Below the pieces are notes generated by a model that saw only the letters and a list, made by a program, of their open reading frames with translations, searched no databases and was not told the origin of the DNA. A stretch of 64,000 nucleotides of DNA, taken from the NCBI GenBank assembly GCA_964016885.1, contig OZ024744.1, positions 53,878,001 to 53,942,000 on the forward strand, in the 5' to 3' direction. Every line of letters begins with the position of its first letter. The stretch's first letter is position 1. Shown here piece by piece: positions 43,751 through 58,254 of this stretch. This DNA comes from Eledone cirrhosa (lineage: Eukaryota). A program made the translations under genes and the position numbers.

Positions 43751-44188
43751 TAAAGTCCTTTATTGATAAGGCTGTGATACATATTGTTTACCATGACGAC
43801 AGTGGCCACGTGATTCTGTGGGCAATCCAAATTGAAACGACAAGGGAATGAACAAAGATGGTGTTCTTGAAGCAATCGCTTCGGAGAAACCCAATTTCGG
43901 CCGCTTATATTCGCGATTATATTGAATGGGATTCGTTTCAGTTCACTGCCTAGGATTTCTCGTGAGGAAGAGTGTCTCTGTCTTCGCAGAAATGATTTTT
44001 ATTCTCGCCATTCAGCACTCGACATCAAACCATCAAGTGCATATCTGATGCTTTATTTTATCGACCCCGTAAGGATGAAAGGCAAAGTTAACATCGGTGG
44101 GATTTGAACTCAGAACGTAAAGAGCTGTAACTCTATGCTGCAAATTATGGCATCTGACCCTCTGCCGATGCTGCCAATCCACCGCCCT
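43751..44188 (-). mobile_element. Composite SINE, copy B (inverted relative to copy A)
   Basis: Reverse complement of 31988-32424, roughly 90% identical by eye. Confidence 0.85.
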
Positions 44189-44229
44189 AATCCACTGTTC
44201 ATGCAAATAAGGAACAGGAAAGGTAGCAG

Positions 44230-46255
44230 AACGCATCCTTCACAGAGTCTCACTCCATATACAATGGTTTCAATTTAGCACTATTTATCCGAACATAAAT
44301 ACTCGGCCATTTGTACAGACACATCAGGGCAACAAGAAGCTGACCATCAACCCAATACTCCTGCTTAGCCTTCCACAGCAGGTCCCCAGAACGCGGTCAT
44401 ATGCCTTTTCAAGGTTTACGAAACAAGGATATAACTCTTGGCAATACTGCCATGATTTCTTAAAGATCTGCCACAGTGCGAATATTTGGTCGTCTGTGCT
44501 GCGTCCGGGCGAAAATCATACTGTTCATCTGCTAGCTTGAACTTAACTATCTTCCTACATCTCTTTGCCAGACACTTAGCATAAATATGCCGGGTAGGCT
44601 TAATAAGGAGATTCTTCTATGATTGGAGCAATTTCTCTCAGGAAAATTGGGATTATCACTCCCGATTGCCATTTCTTAGGCGCCTTTCCCAAAATACAGG
44701 CCTCCCGACACACGTGAGACAACCAGAGAATATCTTCCCTATTAAAGGCTTTTAACAGATCGGACCGAATTTTATCCTCCCCAACGACCTTGCCACATGT
44801 AAGCTCTATAATTGCTCTCTGAGAGATTAGTCATCACTCCCAGATGTACCTTGTGTACATTAGAAGATGCTGATGTGATCGGGTTTAGGAGATAGGCAAA
44901 GTATTCTCTCCATCTCGTGAGGATGAACCCCTGTGAAGCGAGGAGAATCCAAAACACAACCATGATAGTCAGTGAGGAGGGGGGCTTCTTTTTACGAAGT
45001 CGCTTAATGGTCTGCCAGAACACTTTATTTGCTGATCTGAAGTCGGATTCCAGCTTAACACCAAAGTCCTCTTCTGTCTTAACTTCGGACGTCTTTACTG
45101 TCCCTGATGCGACTTTTGGTGCCTGCTTGTATCGCAAGTGCAAAAAGGAGGAATTATTTCGAAACCAATCTTTGTAGGTTCTTTTTGATTGGATGGCATC
45201 TTTGACCGCTTGATTGAACCAAGGAGTCCTCCTGCCATCCGGCACCACACCAAGTCTTTTTCGCCACAAGCTTTGAACAGGAAATTCTCTGAATTTGGAT
45301 ACAGTAGTATCTGCACACCTGGTCCTTACTCCCCTTACTCCCCTACGCTTCCTACTTTATCCTGTAGATCGACCTGGACCAGTTAGTTTGTTTTACTTCT
45401 TTGGCTCTAGGTAGTCTCAGGTTTCAGATAACTAGATGGTATTTAGCTGAGAGCTCAGCTCCTCTCTTAACATCCAGCACAGAATCGAAAAGGTCAGGGA
45501 CAATAATAAAATCAGTTATTGATCTCTCTCCACGATCCTCCTTATACCATGAATATTTATGAATATCTCTGTGCTGGACAATGTGTTCATAATCAAGAGT
45601 CTATTGCTAGAACAAGTCTAATAAAGTCTCTTCGGTGTTCTTTCGATAGGGATCGCCAATCTTTACAATCACTCAGGGGAACGTGCTATATATGTATTGA
45701 AGTCCCCTATTAGGATATGTGACCCAGTCATTACTACATCTAACACTGCAGTAAATTAATCACGTAAGGATCTGTATTCAGACTCCTTGTTTGGTGCATA
45801 AACTTGCACCACCCAAAGATACCTATATTCCAGCCAAATCTTCAAGAAGCAAATCCGCCCTCCTAATGGTATCCGGTCCATAACAGATTCTGACAGCCAT
45901 GAGCTTGTGAGTATCTCCACTCCCACCTGTAGAAGGACGATGCAGTATGATTCTTTTTGTTACCTCTCACCATATTGCTGTTTTTGTGGTATTTTCTGCG
46001 CCAGTCACCAATCTGGTACTTTCTCAGACCCTCGTTGACCAGGCCTTTTTAGAGGCGGCCATAACTCGCGTTGTCATAGCTACATAACAGGGTTGTGGGA
46101 GATTTCTTTGGAGTTGAAGGTGTCACCCATTGCTCCATCTCCCCTAGTAGTTTACCACTGTTGGACCGGGGCTGCTTATTCGTCCGGCAGGTACCTACAC
46201 ATATCATACCTAACTATCATATCTAGCGGCCGTATTGCTATCCGCCACCTGCAAC
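44230..46255 (-). mobile_element. Decayed RTE-clade LINE (5' UTR, APE endonuclease, RT N-terminus)
   Basis: VVQVYAPN, GDFN, TPWFN, KVFWQTIKRLR, ISLLSLPG, FRPGRS, LEKAYDRV motifs with stops and frameshifts. Confidence 0.82.
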
Positions 46256-47033
46256 ACGTACTCTAGCAGTACAACTCTGCCAAATATACATATATATGAG
46301 TTTAAAGTTGCTTCACTGCTTTATATTGTGTTTGCTTAATAAACAGTTGAGAACGAAGCAGCTAGAGTAATGATGAAGTTATATTTAACATATATAAATA
46401 TCTCCATAACTTATTTAATTATCTTCTTATAAACAACTAGTTCAATCGTATAAATATATGCTATAATAGGGTTCTTTATAAGCCCTTGAAAGTATAACTA
46501 ATTGAACCCAGTCATATTCTAGGTATATGCACGGTAGTAGAACGCAATGATATAAAAAAAATCTTGTCAATTTTATGGTCATTACCAAAAGCAGTGCACA
46601 CAATTATGGTAACTGTTTACTAGTGACAAATCGTTTAAACGAAATATATTGGTCATGGACACAGCAACACATTCCTAATATTTAAAACAATGTCTATAAA
46701 CCCATAACTCTACAACCTTAGTCTGTCGCTTCTCCCCGTCACTCAAGAAACTGAATGAAATAACACTAATTGTTTGATAAAACTTTACTAATGTATCAAA
46801 ATCATATATAGGCATTTTTCTAAAACAACGACTATTTCCGTATTTTAAGTATTGACATAACTATCTTTAGCACAAACTTCAGCCAAATGACCAAATATAG
46901 CATGTTGTCCTCACTTATAAAGGTGAAACAGACACAATCAGCCTTCACAATTCTTACTAAACCTCAACTATGGTAAGTTACTGGACTGCTATCATTCCCT
47001 TGCTATAATTGGTCCTGAGTCAGAAACACCTAC

Positions 47034-47128
<95 letters not shown>

Positions 47129-47387
47129 TCTCACATACTTATGGCTCTCAACATATACCATCAGAGTCGCACACAATATATATATTCAGGTTGTGTAGTT
47201 CACATTTTAACTTTGTGACCAAGAGATATCTAAAAGTCAGTGACACTCAACCACCACCTGAGTGACTCCTTCACCACCATTGCTATCTTTCTCTTTGTAC
47301 ATTACAATCTTGATTCGATATTTTTTTAATTTTTGTATCTCAACCAATGAAATAGAAAATCTTGCATTTTTTTTTTTTCAATTCCAG

Positions 47388-47545
47388 GTAAAAGTTGTCC
47401 TTCAAGATGGCCAAGATGATGTGACGCTAAGGTTCAACGGAAGAAATTCGGATATGTACAGCTGGTTCGAGTATTCAAGACTTCTAGAAGCACCATGGAC
47501 TGACCTCAGTGCAGGCTTCGATTATTTTGACATACATGGATCAAT
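47388..47545 (+). CDS. Coding exon 3 of the PAN-domain gene (gene continues or is truncated)
   Basis: Strong acceptor (T12)CAATTCCAG; phase 0 matches exon 2; VKVVLQDG..LRFNGRNSDMYSWFEYSRLLEAPWTDL..FDIHG; probable donor AT|GTACGT at 47546. Confidence 0.78.
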
Positions 47546-48049
47546 GTACGTATAAATATAGTTTTCATCTTTGAGAAAGAAATTATTTTGATTGGTCTCA
47601 TCTTTTGTGGCAAAAGAACAACAAATGTTCTGTTGTTTGTTACATCAAATATACACCTAATAAACTCTGTGATGGAGTTAGTGAAAGGAGAGGCATCCAG
47701 CGCTAGAAAACTTGCCAATGAGTCAAATAGACTCATGATATATCAAAGACATGACAACTTACCTAGTGTTGGTATTATGATAATATGTCCCCAGGGGACT
47801 AGGTAGATTGCGAGAACATATGTCAGCCTCTGGCCCATCTGAGAGGTAGGAAGCTTATGATAAGTACTAACTTCGTCTGTGCTGACACATTCAAGTATCC
47901 TTGCTCACAAGAAAAATAGATGTTAAATAATGTCGACAACGATGTTGACAATGATGATGAAGGTAATGATGATGGACAGCAGTGGATGGACAGAATCAAT
48001 AAAACATCATATACAAAACTTTGTGGCATTTGTTCTGACTCTATACTCC

Positions 48050-48910
48050 CTGATTACACCTACTACCGATGTCAATATTGGGTTTCATATATCCGGGACT
48101 GATAAAATAAAGTACCACTGAAATACCAGGGTCAATATAATTGAATTTCTTCCCTCCTAAAAATTGCTGGCCTTGTACCTAACTTAGAAACTACTGTTTA
48201 ATTATTGCAGTTTGTTAAACACGTTTGAACCTAACAAAATTCTGCTTAGTCAAAGAAAGAAGACCAAATCTCAAAGACTATGTAAAGCTTTTCGTACTCT
48301 TATATTCAATATTTTTAAGGTTCAATTTGAACTTGTTTGATACCTGTAGGTCTGATTGGTGAATATTTTTGAGAATAAGGGACATAATTAGTGATAATCT
48401 TCTGAGCAAAACACCATCACCTGCCCGTCAAAAGTGTTTAAATAAAATGTAGTAATTGTTCCTATTCTTTATATTATGAGTTCAAATCACACCAATGTCA
48501 AGTTTACAAATCTTTCTCGTATTGAGAGAATACAGCAAAGTACTGGGGTTCATTTAAACAACTTACATTGCCAACAAAGTTTCTGACCTTGAGCTATGTT
48601 AGACACATTTATATGACGAGAGAAAAATGTTTAAAGGTATTTTATAAAGATGTCTGATCAAAGCTAATTTCTTCCAGGAGAGAGAGAGAGAGAGTATGTG
48701 TGTGTGTGTATGTGGGTGTGGGTGTGTGCCTGCGTGTGTGTGTAAGAGAGAGAGAAAAACATAGAAGAAAAATGTATCCCAGCACTAGAATGGTACTTTA
48801 ATTGTCTACTTTAAAAGGATGAATAGTAAAGTTGATCTGAACAGGATTTGAACTCAGAGAGCCGGAACAAATCACACAAATATGTGATCAAATGTAATGA
48901 TTCTGGCTAT
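48050..48910. mobile_element. Cluster of three old, diverged SINE copies
   Basis: GATAAAATAAAGTACCA...TTGCTGGCCTTGTACC (about 48100-48190, +), GAGTTCAAATC...GTACTGGGGT (about 48478-48600, +), GGATTTGAACTCAGA (about 48780-48860, -). Confidence 0.6.
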
Positions 48911-49639
48911 TGATTTAGTTCTGTACCTCTCTGATTGAGGAGACATACGGAAAAAGAAACATCTTGTCTCTTGGTTACAGACATAATAAGCGTATCCCCG
49001 TTGCTGTGATTACCTCAATATTTTATAATAGGTATAGTGGAAGAAGAACCTAAAAGGTTTGGAGGAGGAAAAGCATCTGGTTGTTAAATTGTGTATCGTA
49101 ATACCATGTCCAAACTATACCACATCATGGAAATATGGACGTAAAAACGATGCTGAATGTATCCAGGACTACATAGTCCAGGAGCTCTTTTCCTTTTCAC
49201 ACACATACACACACACGCAGACACACACACATTTATAGTTGAGTTTGTGTGTATATCTATGTGTATGTTTTGTGTATGAGTGGAATGAGTGAACACAGAG
49301 TAAGACGAAAGTGCTTGTTAGGAGTGTTCTACATAAAGTATATACATACAGATAACGTCATACTATCTGAATATAGTGATTGTTAATATACGAAGTCTAT
49401 CCTCTCAATTTCAAGACAGAAATTACTTTTAGAGATGTTCAGGTTATGTGAAACTACCATGGGAGAAAACTCTCTAAGCTTCAGCTGCTTCATCAAGCTT
49501 AGACTTTGGTTATAAGCCAAGAGGGTGAAAGCAAAGGGTATGTTTTGATCATATTCGATCTCCTAAGCAAATTATGTTGATTTAGCAAGTTGTGATGTCT
49601 AAGAATAGTTGGATAAATATTTGAAAGGGAACTCACTAC

Positions 49640-49790
49640 CATCGGCACGGAGTTGACTACTCGCAGGTGGAAACCTCACGGGATGGAATGGCTCTTCCAG
49701 CGCGTCTCCCTCACCATCCTTCGAGGAAACGCCTTCTCTATTCTGTCCGCCGAGACCGTAGGGTGGCCAGCGCGTGGGCCCTCGTTTGCT
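49640..49790 (+). mobile_element. CRE-like RLE 3' fragment, second copy
   Basis: MEWLFQRVSLTILRGNAFSIL, homologous to 32850-32915. Confidence 0.7.
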
Positions 49791-49795
49791 TATAA

Positions 49796-49876
49796 TAATT
49801 GTTTCTACGTTTTGGCACAAGGCCAGCAATTACCCAGTACATTACTGGTACTTTATTTTATCGACCCCGTAAGGAT
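49796..49876 (-). mobile_element. SINE 3' fragment (about 80 bp)
   Basis: TGTTTCTAC.TTTGGCACAAGGCCAGCAATTACCCAG...TCGACCCCGTAAGGAT. Confidence 0.85.
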
Positions 49877-50242
49877 ATGGTGAAAACGGGAGTGACGAAG
49901 GCAGTGACAGTGGGAGTTTGGCACCATCGTCTTCAGAACTGATGTATATGCATATGTTTATTTACCACAGCACATATAGATACATATATGTACATATATA
50001 TACACATACAATTGAAACAAGTGTTGAACATTTTATATGTCAATAAAAGGTATGATCTGCAGAAAATGGATGCATAATCTGTATATGGGGAGTGGGAAAA
50101 AAACAATGTCCATGCAAGCATGCAATAACAGATGTAAAAGATTAAAATATATATACACACATACATACTCACATACATACATAGCTATATATATACATAT
50201 GTATGAACAAGTAGCTGGATTAAAGTATATATACATACATAT

Positions 50243-50822
50243 ATGGTGACTGCCAACGCGTTTTCGAGTACGGCCACTACTTTATATCCATGTAGGAGAA
50301 CCCCTACCAATGCGCTGAACGAGTGTGACTTTTTAGTCCAGCCAGCGACTTGAAAACTCTGGTACAAACACTACACTTGTGACAATTACTGACACATAGT
50401 GCTGGGCCCATGGCACCATGTGATGACAAGTGCAGAGAGATCTCCAGATATAAAGCAATGCCTGTTCCGTGAAGCTTTTATAGTGAGCAAAGGCACTGCA
50501 CAAAGCCAGTCCCACTCTCTTAACCAAGATGATATTTACCAAAAAGAAGAACAAGTCAACATCATTGGATACCATCAGGGTTGCAGGTGTTATATCAGAG
50601 TTTTCATTCTCCTAGAATTCTGCCTTGACAAAGGCTAAGGGGTCATCTCTCCCGGTGATTTTGGATGGCCATTGACTCTTAAGAGCTGCTTTGCCCTTTG
50701 ACAGGTTTTGTTTTTAGTCCTGCAGGATGTCCAAAGTCACCCTCCTCACCAAGAAAACTTGGTGGGGTTGCCAGTTTAGTCGCCAACGACCCGACCATGA
50801 GACAAGTAACATGTATCCCAGT
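50243..50822 (-). mobile_element. Unclassified about 580-bp element with an RTE 5'-UTR-like motif
   Basis: Minus-strand CTAGGAGAATGAAAACTCTG resembles RTE leaders; GC-richer than its flanks; bracketed by a 27-bp direct repeat. Orientation uncertain. Confidence 0.4.
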
Positions 50823-50849
50823 ACATACATACATACATACATACATACA

Positions 50850-50880
<31 letters not shown>

Positions 50881-50884
50881 GTAT

Positions 50885-53045
50885 GAACAAGCAGCTGGAA
50901 AAAAAGGTATTTGGGGTTGTTCTGAAGAACTCCTAGTAAATAAAACTGCGATATCGGAGGTGCGACAACTTATCATGAATATGGCTACAGTCTGGCTACA
51001 GTCTGGCTGGACTACAGGAAAGCATTTGATTATGTTCCCCACACTTGGATGATACAGACCCTCCGACTTGCTAAAGTCCCATACTTTATTATCAGAGCCA
51101 TAGAGAAGCTCTCTTCTTCTTGGGCTATTATTCTAAAGTTAAAAACAGAGAAAGAGAGCTCTATTTTCACTGATAAAATAGAATATCACAACGGTATATT
51201 TTAAGGAGACAGTCTCTCAGTGCTGCTATTTATCATGTCATTAAACCCCTTGTCATTTCTATTCAAGAAATGTGAAGGATACATCATTGGCGGGAGGACA
51301 GAAATACGAACTTAACCCAGATTTTCTTTATAGATGAGCTGAAAATCTATGCCAAGAACATAAATGGGATGAAGAAAAATGTTGACCTGGTTACAACATC
51401 CTCAAAGGATATAGGAATAGAATTTGGCCACAATAAATGTTCATATATAATTGGGGTATATAATTGGGGTAAAACTATAACCCAATCTAGCTACATTTGT
51501 ATCAATGGCCTAACTGCTTACCAATATCTGATGAGGACTGCTACAGATACCTGGGGATAGATTAGAATATTTCCTATAATGGTATTTGTAATAAGGAACG
51601 CATAACCAGGGAATATTACACCCAATTATTAAAAATATGGTCATCGGAATTCTCTGCGCACAGTAAAACTGTGGCTCACAACGTGTTTGTTGTGCCTGTC
51701 CTAACACCAACCTTTGGGATACTCGATTGGACGATAGACGAAATCTGAGCGATTGATGTTAGGACTCGAAAAATACTAAACAACAACGGAAACTTCCATA
51801 TCAACAGTGACATAGACCGCCTGTACTTGACACGTAAACAGAGGCAGAGGGCTAACATCAGTCAGACAGCATTTCAGTGTCGTATCATATCTCTCCGACA
51901 TTTACGAACCTCCAAGCGATTGAGCAAGGCTGTCTGCAAAAGACAGTTGTGAAGGTACTCCTTGAAAGATACTCCCTGCATGATAATCAAAAACCCAGCA
52001 ATACCGCAGTGAATCCATGGAATAAAAACGGCATGGTTATCTGTAAAACATCATGCATGGATATGTTGCCAGGAAGCTCCAGAGTGAGAGTAATATAGAT
52101 AAAGAACGTATTCTATCTTGGACCAACAACCGCTATATTGGCTCCCACTTTGAAGGATACACTTTTGCAATCCAAGAATAGGAAATCAGCCTGAAGTACC
52201 TGATTCACAAAAGAGACAGGGATGCAGGCAAAACACCTAGATGTGACAAGTGCACAATCTGCAGAATTAACATCGAAGATGTCATTCATGTCATAAGCAG
52301 CTGTCCAAAGTTGTCATCGCGGTACTATCTACCTATGAGGCATGATATAGTGGCCAAAACACTGTGCAATGCAATCCGTGGAAAAGATAGCCCCGATAAT
52401 AAACACATTAAAAGCTACAGCAATGTGGAATACATACATAAATATAATATGAAAGAGTACTGGTGGAATGTTCCGGTAAAAACCCCAATAAAATGCAGGC
52501 ATAACAGACCAGGGAGAAGAAAGCATGCACAGTAGTGGAAGTTAGCTGCCAATATAATATCAAAGATTAGCGAAAAGGAGAATATATATGCAGAACTAAT
52601 GAGAACTATGCATACTCCACCCTGATTACACCTTCAGATTTATGCCTGTGATTATTGGGGCACTAGGATATGTTAGTAACTGCCTCAATACAAATCTTGA
52701 GAAGTTAGCCTTCACAGGAACAGAAAGAACACAACTAGTTAGGAAATTACAAGTACAATCCATTAATGGAACAGTAAAAAATATGTAAAACATTCCAAAA
52801 ATTGTGCATCTAATAACTGCATATACACATGTACAAAGCATATAAACATGCACAAATACAATTCAAAACATCCACAGCCACACATACAATAACACGCATA
52901 TCTACACATGCCTGCTTGCAGACATGAATACATATCTACCTAGTTGATGTGTAAATTATAATGAGAGAGTTCTGTGTCTATCTTAGAAACCGACTCTCTC
53001 TCTATTGGCAAACATTTATAGAATTATAAAACCAGAAGAACTACA
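50885..53045 (+). mobile_element. 5'-truncated, decayed R4/Dong-type RLE LINE (element A)
   Basis: WLDYRKAFD, GDSLS, RYLG, DIDRLY, CTIC..HV...C, RHD, HNRP, PVIIGALG; flanked by (CATA)n-rich tracts. Confidence 0.85.
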
Positions 53046-53994
53046 TATGTATATACTTATATGTATATATATATATATGCATAAATACACACACACATAC
53101 ATACATATATACATACATATATACATCCATACATATATACATACATATTTACATACATAAATACACACACACATACATACATATATACGCACATATGGCG
53201 TCGAAGACTATTCATGAAATTTAAGATGAATAATATCTCCAACAGTAATGCTACAATTAACGACTTAGTAAATAACTGAACACTCTTATGGTGATATTCA
53301 TTGGACACATTTTATTCAATATCGTAGAGATATCCGACTAAATATTGAATTCACCTTACAAGGGTTTGCTACAAAATACATCATCAACAATATTAATGAA
53401 GAATCGGAGAAAAACCGCAACGAGAATGGTTAAACAATTTTGTTGTAATTACAGGAGGAACCGAAACAATAAATCGCATTTGGGGGGGGGGGGAGTTACG
53501 AACTCAATAATGATATATTTAATTATATCATGATGATAAACAAAAATCACTCTCTTGGTTCTCAAAATAGAATGGAGCTTAGCTAAGACGAACTTTACCC
53601 TGTGCTAAATTATTTCACAGCTAAACAATTACTCCAACAAATTTGTCGAACGTAAAATAAACAAAATCTTTATTCAAAGTTTGTATGAAACCTTTACAAA
53701 TAAAAGCATTAAGTGCACAGTCACCTAGATCGGACAGGCACTGAACATATGTCACCATACACCGCCATGTTACTAGGTTTTCTTGTAACCAGGCCGACCA
53801 TTAGATCCGAACCTCAGCAATACACAAGCTGCAATATCTTGTAGCCACTATTCGTTGGAAAATTAGTTGGAAAAGTGATAAGTTTAAACGCTCAAAATAT
53901 CTTTAGTGAAACTTTCTAAAACAAAGATTCATCTGTGCATGAAACTTTCTTTCGAAAAATGATATGAAATGACAATATTAAACGAGAAACTAAA

Positions 53995-54176
53995 TAATTG
54001 TTTCTACTTTTGGCACAAGGCCAGCAATTACCCCAGTACATTACTGGTTCTTTATTTTATCGACCCCGTAAGGATGAAAGGCAAAGTTAACCTTGGCGCG
54101 ATTTGAACTCAGAATGGCAAGGGGCGTAACTCTATGCGTCAAAGCATAGTGTCCGACCCTCTACCGATACTGCCAA
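53995..54176 (-). mobile_element. Octopus-type tRNA-derived SINE
   Basis: Reverse complement of the 18872-19037 family. Confidence 0.87.
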
Positions 54177-54586
54177 CAGTAAAAATTGTTTTGATTAGTG
54201 GGTTAATTATCAGGATTGTTTTTGCCTGTAGTGTAGGGGGGGGGGGGAGTGAGTGTAGTGATAAGTTGGTGGTGAGGAACATAGGTTGAAGTGAGTGGTG
54301 CGGTTTATGATAGTAGATGAAATATTGCGGTGTTTTACTATTGTATGGAGTGTTGGGTGTGGTAAGGGATTGTTAAGGGGACTCATGATATAAGGAGTGT
54401 ATATACAAAGCATATACATATGGAACTATACATATATATACACACTCATATATAAGGTATACATATATATGTGTGTACACACACGAGTGAGGAAACATGG
54501 TGTGGGCATGGGTGTGAGCATACATACATACACACATACAGACTTGTATACATCCATGCACACACAAAGTATATACTAATGGGATT

Positions 54587-54627
<41 letters not shown>

Positions 54628-54633
54628 AGATGT

Positions 54634-54705
<72 letters not shown>

Positions 54706-55364
54706 ATGTCTTATACATATATATATATATATATGTGCACACACACAAGTGAAAGAACATCTGAGCGTGGGTGTAAACGTATATACATATATACCCATGC
54801 ACACACAGGCACACTCACATATGCAAGCATACACATACGCACTTATGTAAATGTACATATACCCATGTATATATACACATACACATACATACACATACGC
54901 GAACGCACATACATACATACATACATACATACATACATACATACATACATACATACATACATACATACACACAGATATGCACCCTGCGTCACTGCGGAGT
55001 GGCACAGTGGAGTGTGCTCTGGCTTCTTCCGGTGTAGCGAAGAGAACATCCGCAATGCCATACTTCGATCCTTGGGCTATGTAGGTTTTCTGTGTTCAGA
55101 CGTCACCCATAACCCTTTGGACCTGCGACTCGATTGCCCCTTCCACCCGGCGCAATTTCAGTCCAATTGGGCGGTAACTGACCAAACACATAAGCTTGTT
55201 TTTCATTATATTAGGTGGGCGGGTGAGACTTACCCTGGGTTCGGTCTTTTTTACCAACACCTTGGCTTGCCTCATCTCCTTGTCACTGACGTGTACACGT
55301 TCGACATTTTTTGCAGCTTTTGCGAATGATGTAGCTTCGACTGCTTTTGTTTGCTGTGTTGGGC

Positions 55365-58100
55365 AGGCTTGGGTAATAAGAACTAATGGATGGATAAGCG
55401 AGTTGGAACTGGAGGAACTGAGCAGAGAGATTAAGTGGGAAATGGAAAGTGGAGTATATCAGGCAAAGCAGCCAGTGGGAAATGAAGGTGAAGAGGTTGA
55501 GAGACCTGAGGAAGCATCCGAAGCAGACAATGACCTGAATGCTGAAATAAATAACATCTGGAACAAAGATACGGCCATTGAGGAAACGAATCCTGACGGG
55601 CTAGGGCAAGATTTGGTTGATATCCTGAACTTAGTGGTAGATGAAATGAATAATGATAGTGGAAAACCTATGAACCTAAGATTTGTAGACAGGAAAAAGA
55701 TAAAAGAAACAACAGCTAAGGTAAACAAGGTTATCCCATACCTTGAGGCGAGGAACCTTCACCAGTGCAATAATATCCCCAAAGCAACCGCAAATGCGGT
55801 GAGTAAATTACTTGGCATGAAAGCGAGAGGAAACAACAAACAAGAAAGATCAGAACTTTGGTGGAAGAAACGACTGAATCGTCAAATCGAGGAAATGGGA
55901 AAAGACATTGTAAAGCTTGAGTGGGACACTAAAAAACATAGAGACTAAAGATAGATTGAAAATAAAATACAAAACTAAGAGGAAAGAGCTAAATGATATC
56001 ATAGAGGAACTGAAGCAATGCATTGTAGCAAAAAGTGCAAAGATTAGGCGGTATGAGAACAGAATCAGTCAGTATAGACAGAACCGCATGTTTGACAACA
56101 ACCAGAAAATGCTGTTTGGACAGCTTGAAGGGAAAGAAAGAGGCAACGACGTGATCCATGAGGCGGAACAGACTAAGACATTCTGGAGAGGAATATGGGA
56201 GCAGGATGTTAAACATAATGGTCAGGTAGTGTGGATTGAGACAGTTCAAAAGGAGATTAGTGAACAAGCGCACCAACAAACTGATTTGAGTATCACAGTT
56301 GAAACTCTTAAAGGGCAGACTAAAAAACTAACCAACTGGAAATCACCAGGCCAAGATGGTGTGCAAGGGTATTGAATTAAAAATATGACATCCCTCCACC
56401 CAAAACTGACAACCATGTTCAATGACTACTTGATGTTGGTTGAAGTACCAGAGTGGTTGACAAAAGGTACCACAGTTCTGGTAATGAAAGACCGAATCAA
56501 GGGTAATGATCTTACCAACTATAGACCTATCGCATGTCTGTCCGTAATGTGAAAACTGTTAACAAGCATTGTGTCTGAGGAAATCTACCATCACCTCCAC
56601 ATAAACAACTTGTTACCGGATGAACAGAAAGAAGTCCCGTGGTACAAGAGACCACTTACTTATTGATAAAATGGTAATGAGGAATTGCAGGAGGAGGCAC
56701 ACTGGGATGGATAGATTACGAAAAGGCATTTGACATGGTACCTCATTCTTGGATAACCAAAAGCCTAGAGATCTTCAAAGTGGCAGATAACACCAGGAAC
56801 CAACAGGTGAGATGATAAAGGAAATTGACACTGAAGAGGGATACGAATATTTAGGTGTTCTGGAGGCAGATGACATCAAGAACAAAAAAAAAATGAAGGA
56901 ATTAATAAGGTCTGACTACATAAGGAGAGTAAGGAACATACTAAAATCATATCTAAATAGTAGGAATTTCATAAGTGCAGTAAATTCCCGAGCTGTGTCT
57001 ATTATTAGGTACAGTAAGAGAATTCTGAAATGGAATGTTGCTGAACAAAAAGAAATGGATCGGAAGACTAGGAAGATATTAACTATCTACAACATGTTCC
57101 ACAAAAGGAGTGATGTCGATAGACTCTACTTAAGGAGATCTGAGGGTGGAAGAGGTCTTATCAGCATAGAGGACTGAGTTCAGATGGAGAAAAACAGCCT
57201 GCACAAATATGTAACTGACAGTAGGGAGCCAATGCTCAAAATTGTACTGAAGCAGAAGACAATAGACCAGGGAATGTCCAAAGAGGGAATAACAACAAGG
57301 AGGAAGAGCAACCTTCATGAAAAACCCTTAATAGCACCTTCTTTAAGAAAACAGAATACAGAGATCCATAGACATGGAACTGGTAAAAAGAGGATACCTT
57401 TAAAAAGCTACAGAAGGAATGCTAACAGCTGCACAAGAGCAGGCCTTCAGAAGGAAGTTGGTGAAACACTTTATTGACTAGGAGGAGGCTAGCTCTCTGT
57501 GTAGAATATGTGGATAGAGAGAGGAGATTGTGGCTCATATTGTATCCGAGTGTAAACACCTAGCCACAGACCCATTATAAAGGCTGGAGACATGATATAA
57601 TAGGAAAGGTGATCCATTGGCATCTATGCAAACTAAATTTACCACATTCTGAGAAGTGGTATGAGCATAAGCTAGAGTCGGTGATAGAAAACGATCAAGT
57701 GAAAGTGCTATGGGATTTCAGGATCCAGACAGACAAGAAATTAGAACATAATGGGCCTGACCTGGTGGTTTTGACAATAAAATAAGATAATGCCTGATTG
57801 TAGATGTAGCCTCCCCCTTTGACAGAAATTAACCGATACCAGGATTTAGAGTGGGAGTTAAAGAGGATTTAGAACTGTCATGAGATCAAGGTCATCCCAA
57901 TTGTCGTAGGCGCACTAGGTACTATCTCAAAGAAGATTAGTCTAGCCCCGCCTTATGGAAGACTTCAAAAGGCATGCTTGCTGGGAACAGCAAGAACCCT
58001 CTGATACGTCCTGAATATCTGAGGCTGCATGTAGCGGCTTGATATTCATTTCAACAAACTTTCCAGTTAAATAACATCAATGACTGAGACTCAAAGAACA
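55365..58100 (+). mobile_element. Decayed R4/Dong-type RLE LINE with the RT core deleted (element B)
   Basis: WLSELEL-like N-terminus, AKIRRY, NWKSPGQDG, NYRPI, KAFDMVPH; then a jump at about 56800 straight to YEYLG (no QGD or YMDD); RHD, PDLVV, VVGALGT; (TAA)n tail. Confidence 0.87.
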
Positions 58101-58117
58101 ATAATAATAATAATAAT

Positions 58118-58197
58118 AATTGTTTCTACTTTTGGCACAAGGCCAGCAATTACCCAGTGCATTACTGGTACTTTATTTTATCGACCCCGTAAGGATG

Positions 58198-58198
<1 letters not shown>
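58118..58198 (-). mobile_element. SINE 3' fragment (about 80 bp) within (TAA)n
   Basis: Same extent as 49796-49876. Confidence 0.85.

Positions 58199-58254
<56 letters not shown>

Noticed and set aside
48981-49031. Candidate exon 4 (acceptor TTGGTTACAG, donor GTATAG)
   Set aside because: Phase-compatible, but the peptide HNKRIPVAVITSIFYN shows nothing linking it to the domain and the donor is weak; a candidate at 48211 is similarly unsupported.
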